Origin: Gammaproteobacteria bacterium
Lineage (GTDB): Bacteria; Pseudomonadota; Gammaproteobacteria; CAJXQU01
Reading direction: 5' to 3'
Assembly: GCA_965238175.1 (NCBI GenBank)
Contig: CBDEGZ010000003.1
Location: 640,001 to 704,000, forward strand
Length of the DNA stretch: 64,000 nucleotides
The translations under genes and the position numbers were made by a program. Of the stretch, positions 55,411-64,000 are shown piece by piece. A model generated the notes under the pieces. The model saw nothing but the letters and a program-made list of their open reading frames with translations, did not search any database and was not told where the DNA came from. How positions within the stretch are numbered: position 1 is the first letter of the stretch; each line of letters begins with the position of its first letter.

Positions 55411-56853
55411 CTAAACAGGCGCAGGCAGTTCAGAACTTCCCATCAAGTATTGATCAACGCCATGAGCGGCTGAACGTCCTTCGGCAATTGCCCAGACGAT
55501 TAGAGATTGACCTCTTTGCATATCGCCTGCGGTAAAAACACCTTTTTCACTGGTCATCCAGTTTTTGTCTGCAACGACATTTCCGCGACCATCAAGATCA
55601 ACATTTAGTTGTTCCAGCATTCCAGGTTTTTCTGGGCCAAGAAAGCCCATTGAGAGGAATGCAAAATCACAGGGTAATGTTTGTTCGCTGCCAGCGACTT
55701 CTTCAAAACTCATACGTCCGTCTTTATTGATCATTGCGACGCTGACCAATTCGAGTCCGCTGACATTACCATTTCCGTCATCGATAAAACGTTTGCTTGA
55801 AACAGAGTAGACACGTTTGACGCCTTCTTCATGTGCTGAAGCTGTGCGGTAAATGAGTGGCCATTGTGGCCACGGATTTGTTTCTGCACGAGCTTCTGGT
55901 GGTTTGGGCATAATCTCAAGTTGATGAACAGATTTTGCACCTTGTCGGTTGGCTGAGCCTAAACAATCAGCACCGGTGTCACCACCGCCGATAATGACAA
56001 CGTGTTTGTCTTTTACATCGATAAAGTTATCTGGTTTTGGATCACCTTCGCAGACTTTATTCTGCATCGGTAAATATTCCATCGCCTGATAAATTCCTTT
56101 GAGTTCACGACCTGCAACGGGTAGATCGCGGGCGTGACATGCGCCGCCGGTGAGTAGTAATGCGTCGTAGTCTGATCGTAATTGTTCAACTGAAATATTG
56201 TCTCCAACATGTGCATTGGTTTTGAAGGCCACACCTTCAGCTTCCATTTGATCCATACGTCGATCAAGACGACTTTTTTCCATTTTGAATTCTGGTATTC
56301 CATATCGCATTAGACCACCAATCCGATCTGCTCTTTCAAAGACTGTGACGTCATGACCTGCGCGAGCAAGTTGTTGCGCTGCAGCTAATCCTGCTGGGCC
56401 TGATCCAACTATTGCGATGGTTTTGCCTGTTTTGTTTTCTGCAATTTCAGGTTTGATCCAACCTTCTTCAAAACCTTTGTCGATGATCGCTAGTTCTACA
56501 GATTTGATCGTGACAGGATCGTCATTGATGCCTAATACACAAGAGCCTTCACATGGAGCAGGACAAAGTGTGCCGGTGAATTCGGGGAAGTTATTGGTGG
56601 CGTGCAAACGATCGAGGGCATCTTCCCATTGATTGCGATAAACCAGATCATTCCAGTCAGGGATGAGATTACCTAATGGGCAACCTTCATGACAAAATGG
56701 AATGCCACAGTCCATACAACGTGCTGCTTGCTTCTTCAACGGCTCTTCAGGCACGGGCTGCATGACTTGTTTGTAATCTTTTAGTCGTTCGTCGACAGGC
56801 CGGTAAGGTTGCGCTAGACGATCAAATTCCATAAATCCAGTTACTTTACCCAT
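55411..56853 (-). CDS. gltD: Glutamate synthase small subunit (copy 2; MGK.TGF type, often NADH-linked)
   Basis: [57 protein letters not shown]. Confidence 0.95.
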   Translation of the reverse strand: MGKVTGFMEFDRLAQPYRPVDERLKDYKQVMQPVPEEPLKKQAARCMDCGIPFCHEGCPLGNLIPDWNDLVYRNQWEDALDRLHATNNFPEFTGTLCPAPCEGSCVLGINDDPVTIKSVELAIIDKGFEEGWIKPEIAENKTGKTIAIVGSGPAGLAAAQQLARAGHDVTVFERADRIGGLMRYGIPEFKMEKSRLDRRMDQMEAEGVAFKTNAHVGDNISVEQLRSDYDALLLTGGACHARDLPVAGRELKGIYQAMEYLPMQNKVCEGDPKPDNFIDVKDKHVVIIGGGDTGADCLGSANRQGAKSVHQLEIMPKPPEARAETNPWPQWPLIYRTASAHEEGVKRVYSVSSKRFIDDGNGNVSGLELVSVAMINKDGRMSFEEVAGSEQTLPCDFAFLSMGFLGPEKPGMLEQLNVDLDGRGNVVADKNWMTSEKGVFTAGDMQRGQSLIVWAIAEGRSAAHGVDQYLMGSSELPAPV

Positions 56854-59800
56854 GAGCAGCCTCCATGACTGCAGCGTCTACCGACGTGCCTTCTTTTTCT
56901 GCCTTTTCGATCGCTGCGAGTACGCGCTTGTAATCCCTTGGCATGACTTTGATAAATTTATACTGATAGCTGGTCCAGTCATTCAGAATGCGTTTTGCCA
57001 GCGTGCTATGTGTGTATTCCGCGTGGTTATGAAGTAACGATTTGATCGTTTCTACATCGCTATCATCTTCGACTCTTTCAAGGTCAACCATGCCAAGATT
57101 ACAATTATCGCGGAACTGATTTTTATCCATAAGGACATAAGCAATACCGCCGGACATGCCTGCAGCAAAATTTCTGCCGGTTGGGCCAAGAACCACAACG
57201 CGGCCGCCGGTCATGTATTCACAACCGTGATCGCCAATCCCTTCAACAACGGTACTGACGCCACTGTTTCTAACCGCAAAGCGTTCACCGGCCAGACCAC
57301 GAATATAAGCCTCACCTGTGGTGCCACCGTAAAGTAATACATTACCGACGATGACATTATCTTCAGGAGCAAAACTGCTATTTCGTGGTGGATAAACAAT
57401 AATTTTTCCGCCAGATAAACCTTTTCCGAGGTAATCGTTAGCATCACCTTCAAGCGTTAGCGTAACGCCTTTAGGAACAAATGCTCCAAAACTCATTCCT
57501 GCCGAACCATTGAAATGGATGTTGATCGTGTCTTCAGGAAGTCCTTCTGATCCGTAACGCTTGCTGATGTTGTAACCCAAAATGGTTCCTACAGAACGAT
57601 TCGTGCTCAACACGGGGACGATAATATCGACGGGCTTTTTGTCTTCAATTGCTTCCTTACATAAAGGTAGCAGGGTTTTCATATCTAGTGATTTATCAAG
57701 ACCGTGATCTTGTTCGTTGACTTGATAAATGCCAACACCGGGAGCAGCGTCTTCTTTATGTAGAATGGCTGAAAAATCCAGACCATGTGCTTTCCAATGA
57801 TCAATCGCAGGTCGGGTTTCTAATTGATCAACTTGGCCGACCATTTCATTAATGGTTCTAAAACCAAGCTTTGCCATATATTCGCGGACTTCTTCAGCAA
57901 TATATTTGAAAAAGTTTTCAACGAATTCTGGTTTGCCAGCGAATTTTTTACGTAACTCAGGATTTTGTGTCGCAATCCCAACTGGGCAGGTATTCAGATG
58001 ACAGGCACGCATCATAATGCAACCCATCACCACTAGAGGTGCTGTGGAGAATCCATATTCTTCCGCACCCAGAAGAGTGGCGATAACGACATCTCGACCA
58101 GTTTTAAGCTGACCATCGGTTTGTACAACGATCCGGTCGCGTAATTTATTTTTGACTAATACTTGTTGGGTTTCGGCTACGCCTAATTCCCACGGCAGCC
58201 CCGCATGTTTTAATGAACTCATTGGAGATGCGCCGGTGCCGCCGTCATAACCTGAGACTAAAACGACATCGGAATGTGCTTTTGCAACACCTGCAGCAAC
58301 GGTTCCTACGCCGACTTCTGCAACCAGCTTTACATGAACTCTGGCTTTTGGATTGGCATTTTTTAGATCGTGGATTAATTGGGCTAAATCTTCGATCGAA
58401 TAAATATCATGATGCGGCGGCGGCGATATTAAACCTACGCCGGGAGTAGAATGACGAACTTTAGCTATCCACGGATAGACTTTTGGCCCTGGTAATTGAC
58501 CACCTTCACCCGGTTTTGCTCCTTGCGCCATTTTGATTTGAATATCGTCGGCATTGGCCAGATATTCTCCGGTGACACCAAAGCGGCCTGAAGCAACTTG
58601 TTTGATTGAGCTACGGCGTAAGTCACCGTTTTCGTCTGGTGTAAACCGATCAGGATTTTCCCCGCCTTCGCCAGTATTGGATTTTCCACCAAGTCGATTC
58701 ATGGCGATGGCCAGCGTTTCGTGTGCTTCACCGCTGATAGAACCATATGACATCGCGCCGGTTGAAAAGCGTTTCATGATGTTTTCTATCGGTTCGACTT
58801 CTTCTAAAGGAATCGATTGTCGTTCAGTCTTGAATTCAAATAAGCCACGTAATGTTGCCAGCTTTTCGCTTTGATCATTGACCAGATCGGTATATTCCTT
58901 AAAGATCTTATATTGACCACTGCGAGTCGCGTGCTGCAATTTGAAAACAGTTTCTGGATTGAATAAATGATATTCGCCATCGCGTCGCCATTTGTACTCG
59001 CCACCCCATTCCAGAGCAGGTTTTTTCGATGGTCGTTCAGGAAATGCGTGTTGATGACGTAAGCTCATTTCCTCTGCGATCTCTTCAAGACCAATGCCGC
59101 CGATGCGTGACGCTGTCCAGGTGAAATATTGATCAACAAATTCTTTATTCAAACCAATCGCTTCAAATACTTGTGCGCCACGGTAAGATTGAACCGTAGA
59201 AATTCCCATTTTCGCCATGGTTTTGATCAAGCCTTTGTTTATGGCTTTGATATAGTTTTTGACTGCTTTTTCGTGGCCAATATTTTCTATATAACCTTTT
59301 CCGATCATGTCACCCAACGACTCAAAAGCGAGATACGGGTTGACTGCGCCGATGCCATAGCCGATCAAAACCGCGAAATGATGAACTTCTCTTGGTTCAC
59401 CCGATTCGAGAATTAAACCAATGCGGGTTCGGGTTCCTGATCTGATCAGATGATGATGTACGCCAGCTGTAGCCAATAATGGTGGAATTGCAGTCATGCT
59501 CTGATCAATTCCTCGATCAGAAAGAATGATATTTGTGTAGCCTTCTTCGATTGCAATATCGATTTGGGCGTAAACATCTTTCAGCGCTTTGTCTAAGCCT
59601 TTTCCGCCTTCTTTAACAGAGTACAAAATGGCCACGGATTTGGTTTTAAAGCCCGGCAGATTAACATCGCGAATTTTTGCCAGTTCTTCATTGGACAAAA
59701 TCGGCGAGTGAATTTTGATTTGACGACAACTTTCTGGAGCGGGTTCAAGTAAATTACCTTCTGGCCCAACCGTTGTTGCGATCTGAGTCACTAATTCTTC

Positions 59801-61411
59801 ACGAATTCCATCCAGTGGTGGGTTGGTGACTTGCGCAAAAAGCTGTTTGAAATAATCGTATAAAAGTCGAGAACGATCAGAAAGTACTGCCAGTGCAGTA
59901 TCTGTTCCCATTGATCCGGTAGGTTCGAGCCCATTGTTGGCCATCGGTGCCATCAAGGTTTTTAGATCTTCATGCGTATAACCGAACGCTTGCTGGCGTT
60001 GTAATAGTGTGTCGGTGTCTGAACCGTGGATCTGTTTTGGATCAGGCAATTGATCGACTGGAATAAGATGTTCTTGTAGCCACTCAGCATAAGGATGTGC
60101 GGTAGAGAATTCTTTTTTCAACTCTTCGTCATCGATAATCCGCTTTTGTTTGGTATCGACCATAAAGATCCGACCCGGATGCAGACGATCTTTATACAAA
60201 ACATTTTCTGGTGGAATATCGAGCACGCCGACTTCGGATGCCATTACAACCATGCCATCTTTAGTGACGTAATAACGTGAAGGGCGTAAACCGTTTCTAT
60301 CCAGTACGGCACCTATCACGTCGCCATCCATAAATGCGACGGAGGCCGGGCCATCCCAAGGTTCCATCAGACAGGCGTGATATTCATAAAATGCTTTTCG
60401 CTCAGCATCCATAGAATCGTTACCACTCCATGCTTCTGGGATCATCATCAAAACAGAATGCGGTAATGAGCGCCCCGTCATATGTAAAAATTCCATGACA
60501 TTATCGAATGTTGCCGAATCACTGCCGCCTTCAATTACGATCGGGAATAGCTTTTTAAGGTCATCTCCGAATAGTTCGGATTCACATAAAGCTTCGCGTG
60601 CGCGCATCCAGTTGGCATTACCACGGGCGGTGTTTATCTCACCATTATGTGCAATATACCTGAACGGGTGAGCCAGTTTCCAGGCTGGGAATGTATTGGT
60701 TGAAAAGCGTTGATGAACTAAAGCCATTGCCGATTCAAAATCTGGATCGCTTAGATCTGGGAACATTGGTTCGAGTTGAGGGCCCGTCAACATACCTTTA
60801 TATATAAAAGTTCTATATGACAAAGATGGGATATAGAATCGATCATTTTCTGAAAGATCAGAACTCCAGATTGTATGTTCAGCAAGTTTGCGGATCACAT
60901 ACAGTTTTCGTTCAAATGAGGCTTCATCTTTAACATCTTTGCCGCGGCCGATAAAAATTTGTCTAAAGGTAGGCTCACCCGAAATCGCAGTAGGGCCGAG
61001 TAGTCTGTCATCGGTAGGAACGTCGCGCCAGCCGAGTAATTCTTGTCCTTCCTGGAGGATAAGCTCTTCGAGAATAGATTGGCATTTTTTTGATTGATCA
61101 GGATCGTTGGGGAGGAAGATTAAACCAGCACCGTAATGACTATATTCAGGAAGATCAATATTTAATTCTTTACAGACACGTTGGAAAAATTTGTCAGGGG
61201 TTTGCGTGAGAATGCCAACACCATCACCGGTGTTTTCTTCACAACCGCAGGCGCCGCGGTGGATCAAATTTTGTAGGATAGTTAAAGCGTTATCGATAAT
61301 CTTGCGCGATTTTCGACCTTTAATATCCACAACAAAACCTACCCCGCATGCATCATGTTCGAATTGCGGGTCATAGAGAGCACTCGCTGGAGGATAACTT
61401 TTTTGCATCAT
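56846..61411 (-). CDS. gltB: Glutamate synthase large subunit (copy 2)
   Basis: HDA/CGVG Ntn Cys, [45 protein letters not shown]. Confidence 0.96.
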   Translation of the reverse strand: MMQKSYPPASALYDPQFEHDACGVGFVVDIKGRKSRKIIDNALTILQNLIHRGACGCEENTGDGVGILTQTPDKFFQRVCKELNIDLPEYSHYGAGLIFLPNDPDQSKKCQSILEELILQEGQELLGWRDVPTDDRLLGPTAISGEPTFRQIFIGRGKDVKDEASFERKLYVIRKLAEHTIWSSDLSENDRFYIPSLSYRTFIYKGMLTGPQLEPMFPDLSDPDFESAMALVHQRFSTNTFPAWKLAHPFRYIAHNGEINTARGNANWMRAREALCESELFGDDLKKLFPIVIEGGSDSATFDNVMEFLHMTGRSLPHSVLMMIPEAWSGNDSMDAERKAFYEYHACLMEPWDGPASVAFMDGDVIGAVLDRNGLRPSRYYVTKDGMVVMASEVGVLDIPPENVLYKDRLHPGRIFMVDTKQKRIIDDEELKKEFSTAHPYAEWLQEHLIPVDQLPDPKQIHGSDTDTLLQRQQAFGYTHEDLKTLMAPMANNGLEPTGSMGTDTALAVLSDRSRLLYDYFKQLFAQVTNPPLDGIREELVTQIATTVGPEGNLLEPAPESCRQIKIHSPILSNEELAKIRDVNLPGFKTKSVAILYSVKEGGKGLDKALKDVYAQIDIAIEEGYTNIILSDRGIDQSMTAIPPLLATAGVHHHLIRSGTRTRIGLILESGEPREVHHFAVLIGYGIGAVNPYLAFESLGDMIGKGYIENIGHEKAVKNYIKAINKGLIKTMAKMGISTVQSYRGAQVFEAIGLNKEFVDQYFTWTASRIGGIGLEEIAEEMSLRHQHAFPERPSKKPALEWGGEYKWRRDGEYHLFNPETVFKLQHATRSGQYKIFKEYTDLVNDQSEKLATLRGLFEFKTERQSIPLEEVEPIENIMKRFSTGAMSYGSISGEAHETLAIAMNRLGGKSNTGEGGENPDRFTPDENGDLRRSSIKQVASGRFGVTGEYLANADDIQIKMAQGAKPGEGGQLPGPKVYPWIAKVRHSTPGVGLISPPPHHDIYSIEDLAQLIHDLKNANPKARVHVKLVAEVGVGTVAAGVAKAHSDVVLVSGYDGGTGASPMSSLKHAGLPWELGVAETQQVLVKNKLRDRIVVQTDGQLKTGRDVVIATLLGAEEYGFSTAPLVVMGCIMMRACHLNTCPVGIATQNPELRKKFAGKPEFVENFFKYIAEEVREYMAKLGFRTINEMVGQVDQLETRPAIDHWKAHGLDFSAILHKEDAAPGVGIYQVNEQDHGLDKSLDMKTLLPLCKEAIEDKKPVDIIVPVLSTNRSVGTILGYNISKRYGSEGLPEDTINIHFNGSAGMSFGAFVPKGVTLTLEGDANDYLGKGLSGGKIIVYPPRNSSFAPEDNVIVGNVLLYGGTTGEAYIRGLAGERFAVRNSGVSTVVEGIGDHGCEYMTGGRVVVLGPTGRNFAAGMSGGIAYVLMDKNQFRDNCNLGMVDLERVEDDSDVETIKSLLHNHAEYTHSTLAKRILNDWTSYQYKFIKVMPRDYKRVLAAIEKAEKEGTSVDAAVMEAAHG

Positions 61412-61452
61412 TCTACCGCCAGATCAAATTATTTCTTCTTATTTTTTGTATT

Positions 61453-61547
61453 CTCAGTTACGACTGAGGCCTGATGCGAAAGAGCTGGAACACAATAATA
61501 TTGATCGTTTATTAATAGTGTATCTCGTCCAATTTCTGCATTCAGGC
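61453..61547 (-). other. Structured 5' leader of gltB copy 2
   Basis: Long stem GCCTGAATGC..GCATCAGGC with inner stems, plus the CTCAGT/ACTGAG hairpin. Confidence 0.4.
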
Positions 61548-61575
61548 TATTCCATCAAATGTAGGACGGCCGTGT

Positions 61576-61604
61576 ATTATAAGATCTTGGTCTCTTTTTG
61601 TCAC
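61576..61604 (-). promoter_or_regulatory. sigma70 promoter of gltBD copy 2
   Basis: Minus strand GTGACA-N17-TATAAT. Confidence 0.7.
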
Positions 61605-61727
61605 TGTGTGACGTTTTGATACACTCGAGAACATGGTCTCTCAGTGTCTAATATAAGGAATTGGGAGCTAATAGTCAGGATCAAGTTTTAATCTCCCTAA
61701 TCCTGTTCTAAATATAAATTGGAGTAA

Positions 61728-63107
61728 TTACAACTTCCACACTTTAAACTTACGTCCTTTAATTTTACCTTCGGATAAAATCTTCAACGCTTGTTTAACA
61801 ACGAGGTGTTCTACAGCTACGTAAGCTTGTGTATCGAAAATATCAATTTTCCCAATGTGTTTACCAGGTAGATTGGTATTCTTTGTCAGGGCACCTAAAA
61901 CATCTCCAGGGTGGATTTTATTTTTACGACCACCATTGATGCCAAGTGTGACCATTGGTGGATATAGTTTGAAATTCTTCTGCCGGTTTAATGATGAAGT
62001 CTTTTCAATACTGACGGGGTTGTCTTGATATTGCTCTATTGCATTCACTCTAATTTTTTCGGAGGTCGTAAATAGGCTAATCGCTAGCCCATTTTTTTCT
62101 GCACGACCTGTGCGTCCAATACGGTGAATATGAATTTCTGGATCCAGTGATAATTCGAAATTGATCACGGCATTCAAATCTTTAATATCCAGCCCGCGAG
62201 AGGCAACATCGGTCGCGATAAGCAAGGAGCTACTTTTATTAGAAAACTGTAGCAGTACTTGATCTCGTTCTCGTTGTTCAAGATCACCATGTAATGCCAG
62301 TGCGTGGAAGCCATCGTGTTTTAAATCATTGGCAAGTTCCTGACATTTTTGTTTTGTATTACAAAACACAACACTGGATTCTGGCTTGTAGTGATGAAGT
62401 ATGGAAACTAACGTTTCGCTTCTATTGCCTTTTTGTACTTCGTAAAAAACTTGTTCAATTTTGTTGTTGTCATGTAGGCTTTCAACTTGAATATCGACAG
62501 GTTTTTTCTGGAGGTTTTTACTTATGCGGTTTATTTCTTCGGAGTATGTGGCGGAAAATAACAGTGTTTGTCTTTGCGCTGGTGTATGGGTGATTATTTT
62601 CAGAATATCGTCATGAAAACCCATGTCTAACATGCGATCAGCTTCATCCAAAACAAGCGTTGTTAAATGATCAAGAATTAATGATTCCTCTTCTAAATGT
62701 TTTAAGATCCGGCCGGGAGTACCGACGACGATATGTGGGTTGTGTTTCAATGAGATGCGTTGTGCTGCGATTGGTTTGCCGCCACATAAAGTGAGAATTT
62801 TGGTGTTAGCGATGGGACGTGCGAGGCGCCGAATTTCATTGCAGACTTGATCTGCAAGTTCACGTGTAGGGCAAAGTACCAATGATTGCGTCTGGTGATT
62901 TTGACTATCCAGTTTTTTGAGTAAGCCAACTCCAAAGGCCGCCGTTTTACCGCTGCCGGTTTTTGCTTGTGCCTTGACGTCTTTGCCACCCAAAATATCG
63001 GGTAGGCTTTGTGCCTGTATTGGGGACATCTCCTGATAGCCAAGTGCTTGTAGATTGGCCAAGAATTCTGGTGTTAACGATAATGATGAGAACGCAGTCA
63101 TAGTCAC
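61728..63107 (-). CDS. dbpA: DEAD-box RNA helicase DbpA
   Basis: AKTGSGKT, PTRELA, DEAD, SAT, HRIGRTGR; C-terminal DbpA RNA-binding domain (GG.K.KI.PGD.LGAL). Confidence 0.93.
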   Translation of the reverse strand: MTMTAFSSLSLTPEFLANLQALGYQEMSPIQAQSLPDILGGKDVKAQAKTGSGKTAAFGVGLLKKLDSQNHQTQSLVLCPTRELADQVCNEIRRLARPIANTKILTLCGGKPIAAQRISLKHNPHIVVGTPGRILKHLEEESLILDHLTTLVLDEADRMLDMGFHDDILKIITHTPAQRQTLLFSATYSEEINRISKNLQKKPVDIQVESLHDNNKIEQVFYEVQKGNRSETLVSILHHYKPESSVVFCNTKQKCQELANDLKHDGFHALALHGDLEQRERDQVLLQFSNKSSSLLIATDVASRGLDIKDLNAVINFELSLDPEIHIHRIGRTGRAEKNGLAISLFTTSEKIRVNAIEQYQDNPVSIEKTSSLNRQKNFKLYPPMVTLGINGGRKNKIHPGDVLGALTKNTNLPGKHIGKIDIFDTQAYVAVEHLVVKQALKILSEGKIKGRKFKVWKL

Positions 63108-63284
63108 AGAAAGGAGTGCTCTATTGAGTGTAAGGATGTCCCAAGATGGTAACAGGTTTAGAGGGTTGTATGGCTATTATAGGTTGTTTATATAGCCTGC
63201 TATTTAGATTAGCCTCAACTATACTAGTCATGTTTTATTTTACTGCATAAGTTTTCATTTTAACTCATCACTACAGGCCCCAAG

Positions 63285-64000
63285 TTGGATCTAACTAAAG
63301 ACCCTATACCTCACTTACTTAAAAGAATTGCAGTTCCGGCAAGTGTCGGGATGTTTTTTAGCACCATGTATTACATTGTCGATAATTTTTACGCAGGGAT
63401 GTTATCGTCAACCGCGTTAGCAGGTATTTCACTAGCCGCACCGATTTATTTTATGGGTATGGCTGTTTCAATTGGTGTTGGGCAAGGAACAAATGCGTTA
63501 GTAGGCAATGCTCGAGGCGAAGGGAGAAATGATCTAGCTGAACAAATCGCTGGCCGTGCGATATCCTTCGCCTGGTTATCAGCAATTTTGATTGGGTTTA
63601 TTGTGCTGTTCTTCTCGTCGGATCTATTCGCGATAATGGGTGCACAAGGTGCATATACTGCCGATGCGATTAATTATCTATCAATAATATTACCGGCTTT
63701 AGCTTTCTCTGCTCATGCGATGGCGGCAAATGGCATTTTAAACTCTTTGGGTGACACAACGAGTTTTCGTAACAGCTTAGTGGTGGCTTTCTTTGCGAAT
63801 ATTGCGCTCGATCCTTTACTGATGTTTGGTTTTGGCTGGGGAGTACATGGCCTTGCTGCTGCGACAGCATTAACTCAGCTAGGTAGTGCCATTTACCTTT
63901 CTTTGCAAGTATATCAGAGCCAGCTAGGTCATTGTCTGAGTGTTAAGAATTTACGTCCAGATTGGCAACAATACTTGGAATTACTAAAACAGTCTTTGCC
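63285..64000 (+). CDS. MATE-family efflux transporter (partial, runs off the right edge)
   Basis: Hand translation LDLTKDPIPHLLKRIAVPASVGMFFSTMYYIVDNFYAG...NIALDPLLMFG..GV.GLA.AT; start codon uncertain. Confidence 0.85.
   Translation, partial: MDLTKDPIPHLLKRIAVPASVGMFFSTMYYIVDNFYAGMLSSTALAGISLAAPIYFMGMAVSIGVGQGTNALVGNARGEGRNDLAEQIAGRAISFAWLSAILIGFIVLFFSSDLFAIMGAQGAYTADAINYLSIILPALAFSAHAMAANGILNSLGDTTSFRNSLVVAFFANIALDPLLMFGFGWGVHGLAAATALTQLGSAIYLSLQVYQSQLGHCLSVKNLRPDWQQYLELLKQSL

Overview
AT-rich gammaproteobacterial chromosome segment, probably from a marine organism (inferred from gene content and repeat families), with three zones. (1) 1-31 kb is a methylated-amine locus: TorF-family porin; a trimethylamine dehydrogenase (tmd) operon with a membrane heme-b/Fe-S/CCG oxidoreductase, an LRV/HEAT-repeat protein, a methylotroph-type ETF (etfBA), folE2 and a YigB-like HAD phosphatase; an NrtR-controlled prs-like/nadV-like NAD salvage operon; a TorT-TorS-TorR TMAO-sensing system with no TMAO reductase in the window, facing an unknown 512-aa exported protein; a Liv-type ABC transporter; a DmmD-like aminomethyltransferase; and a ribBA pseudogene. 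(2) 31-39 kb is a mobile and decaying zone: three of the window's four near-identical 1226-bp IS481 copies (the fourth is at 12-13 kb), IS982 and IS3 remnants, a putative att-site remnant, a chemoreceptor and a GNAT toxin-antitoxin-like pair. (3) 39-64 kb is core genome (aroK-aroB-dgt-AAA/SPOR-gltB-gltD-hemE, DUF368, dbpA, MATE) with a second, convergent gltBD of a different type and many MITE/REP elements. One MITE sits inside the original 5' end of gltB and supplies a restart codon. All calls come from reading motifs and recalling family sequences; no searches were run.
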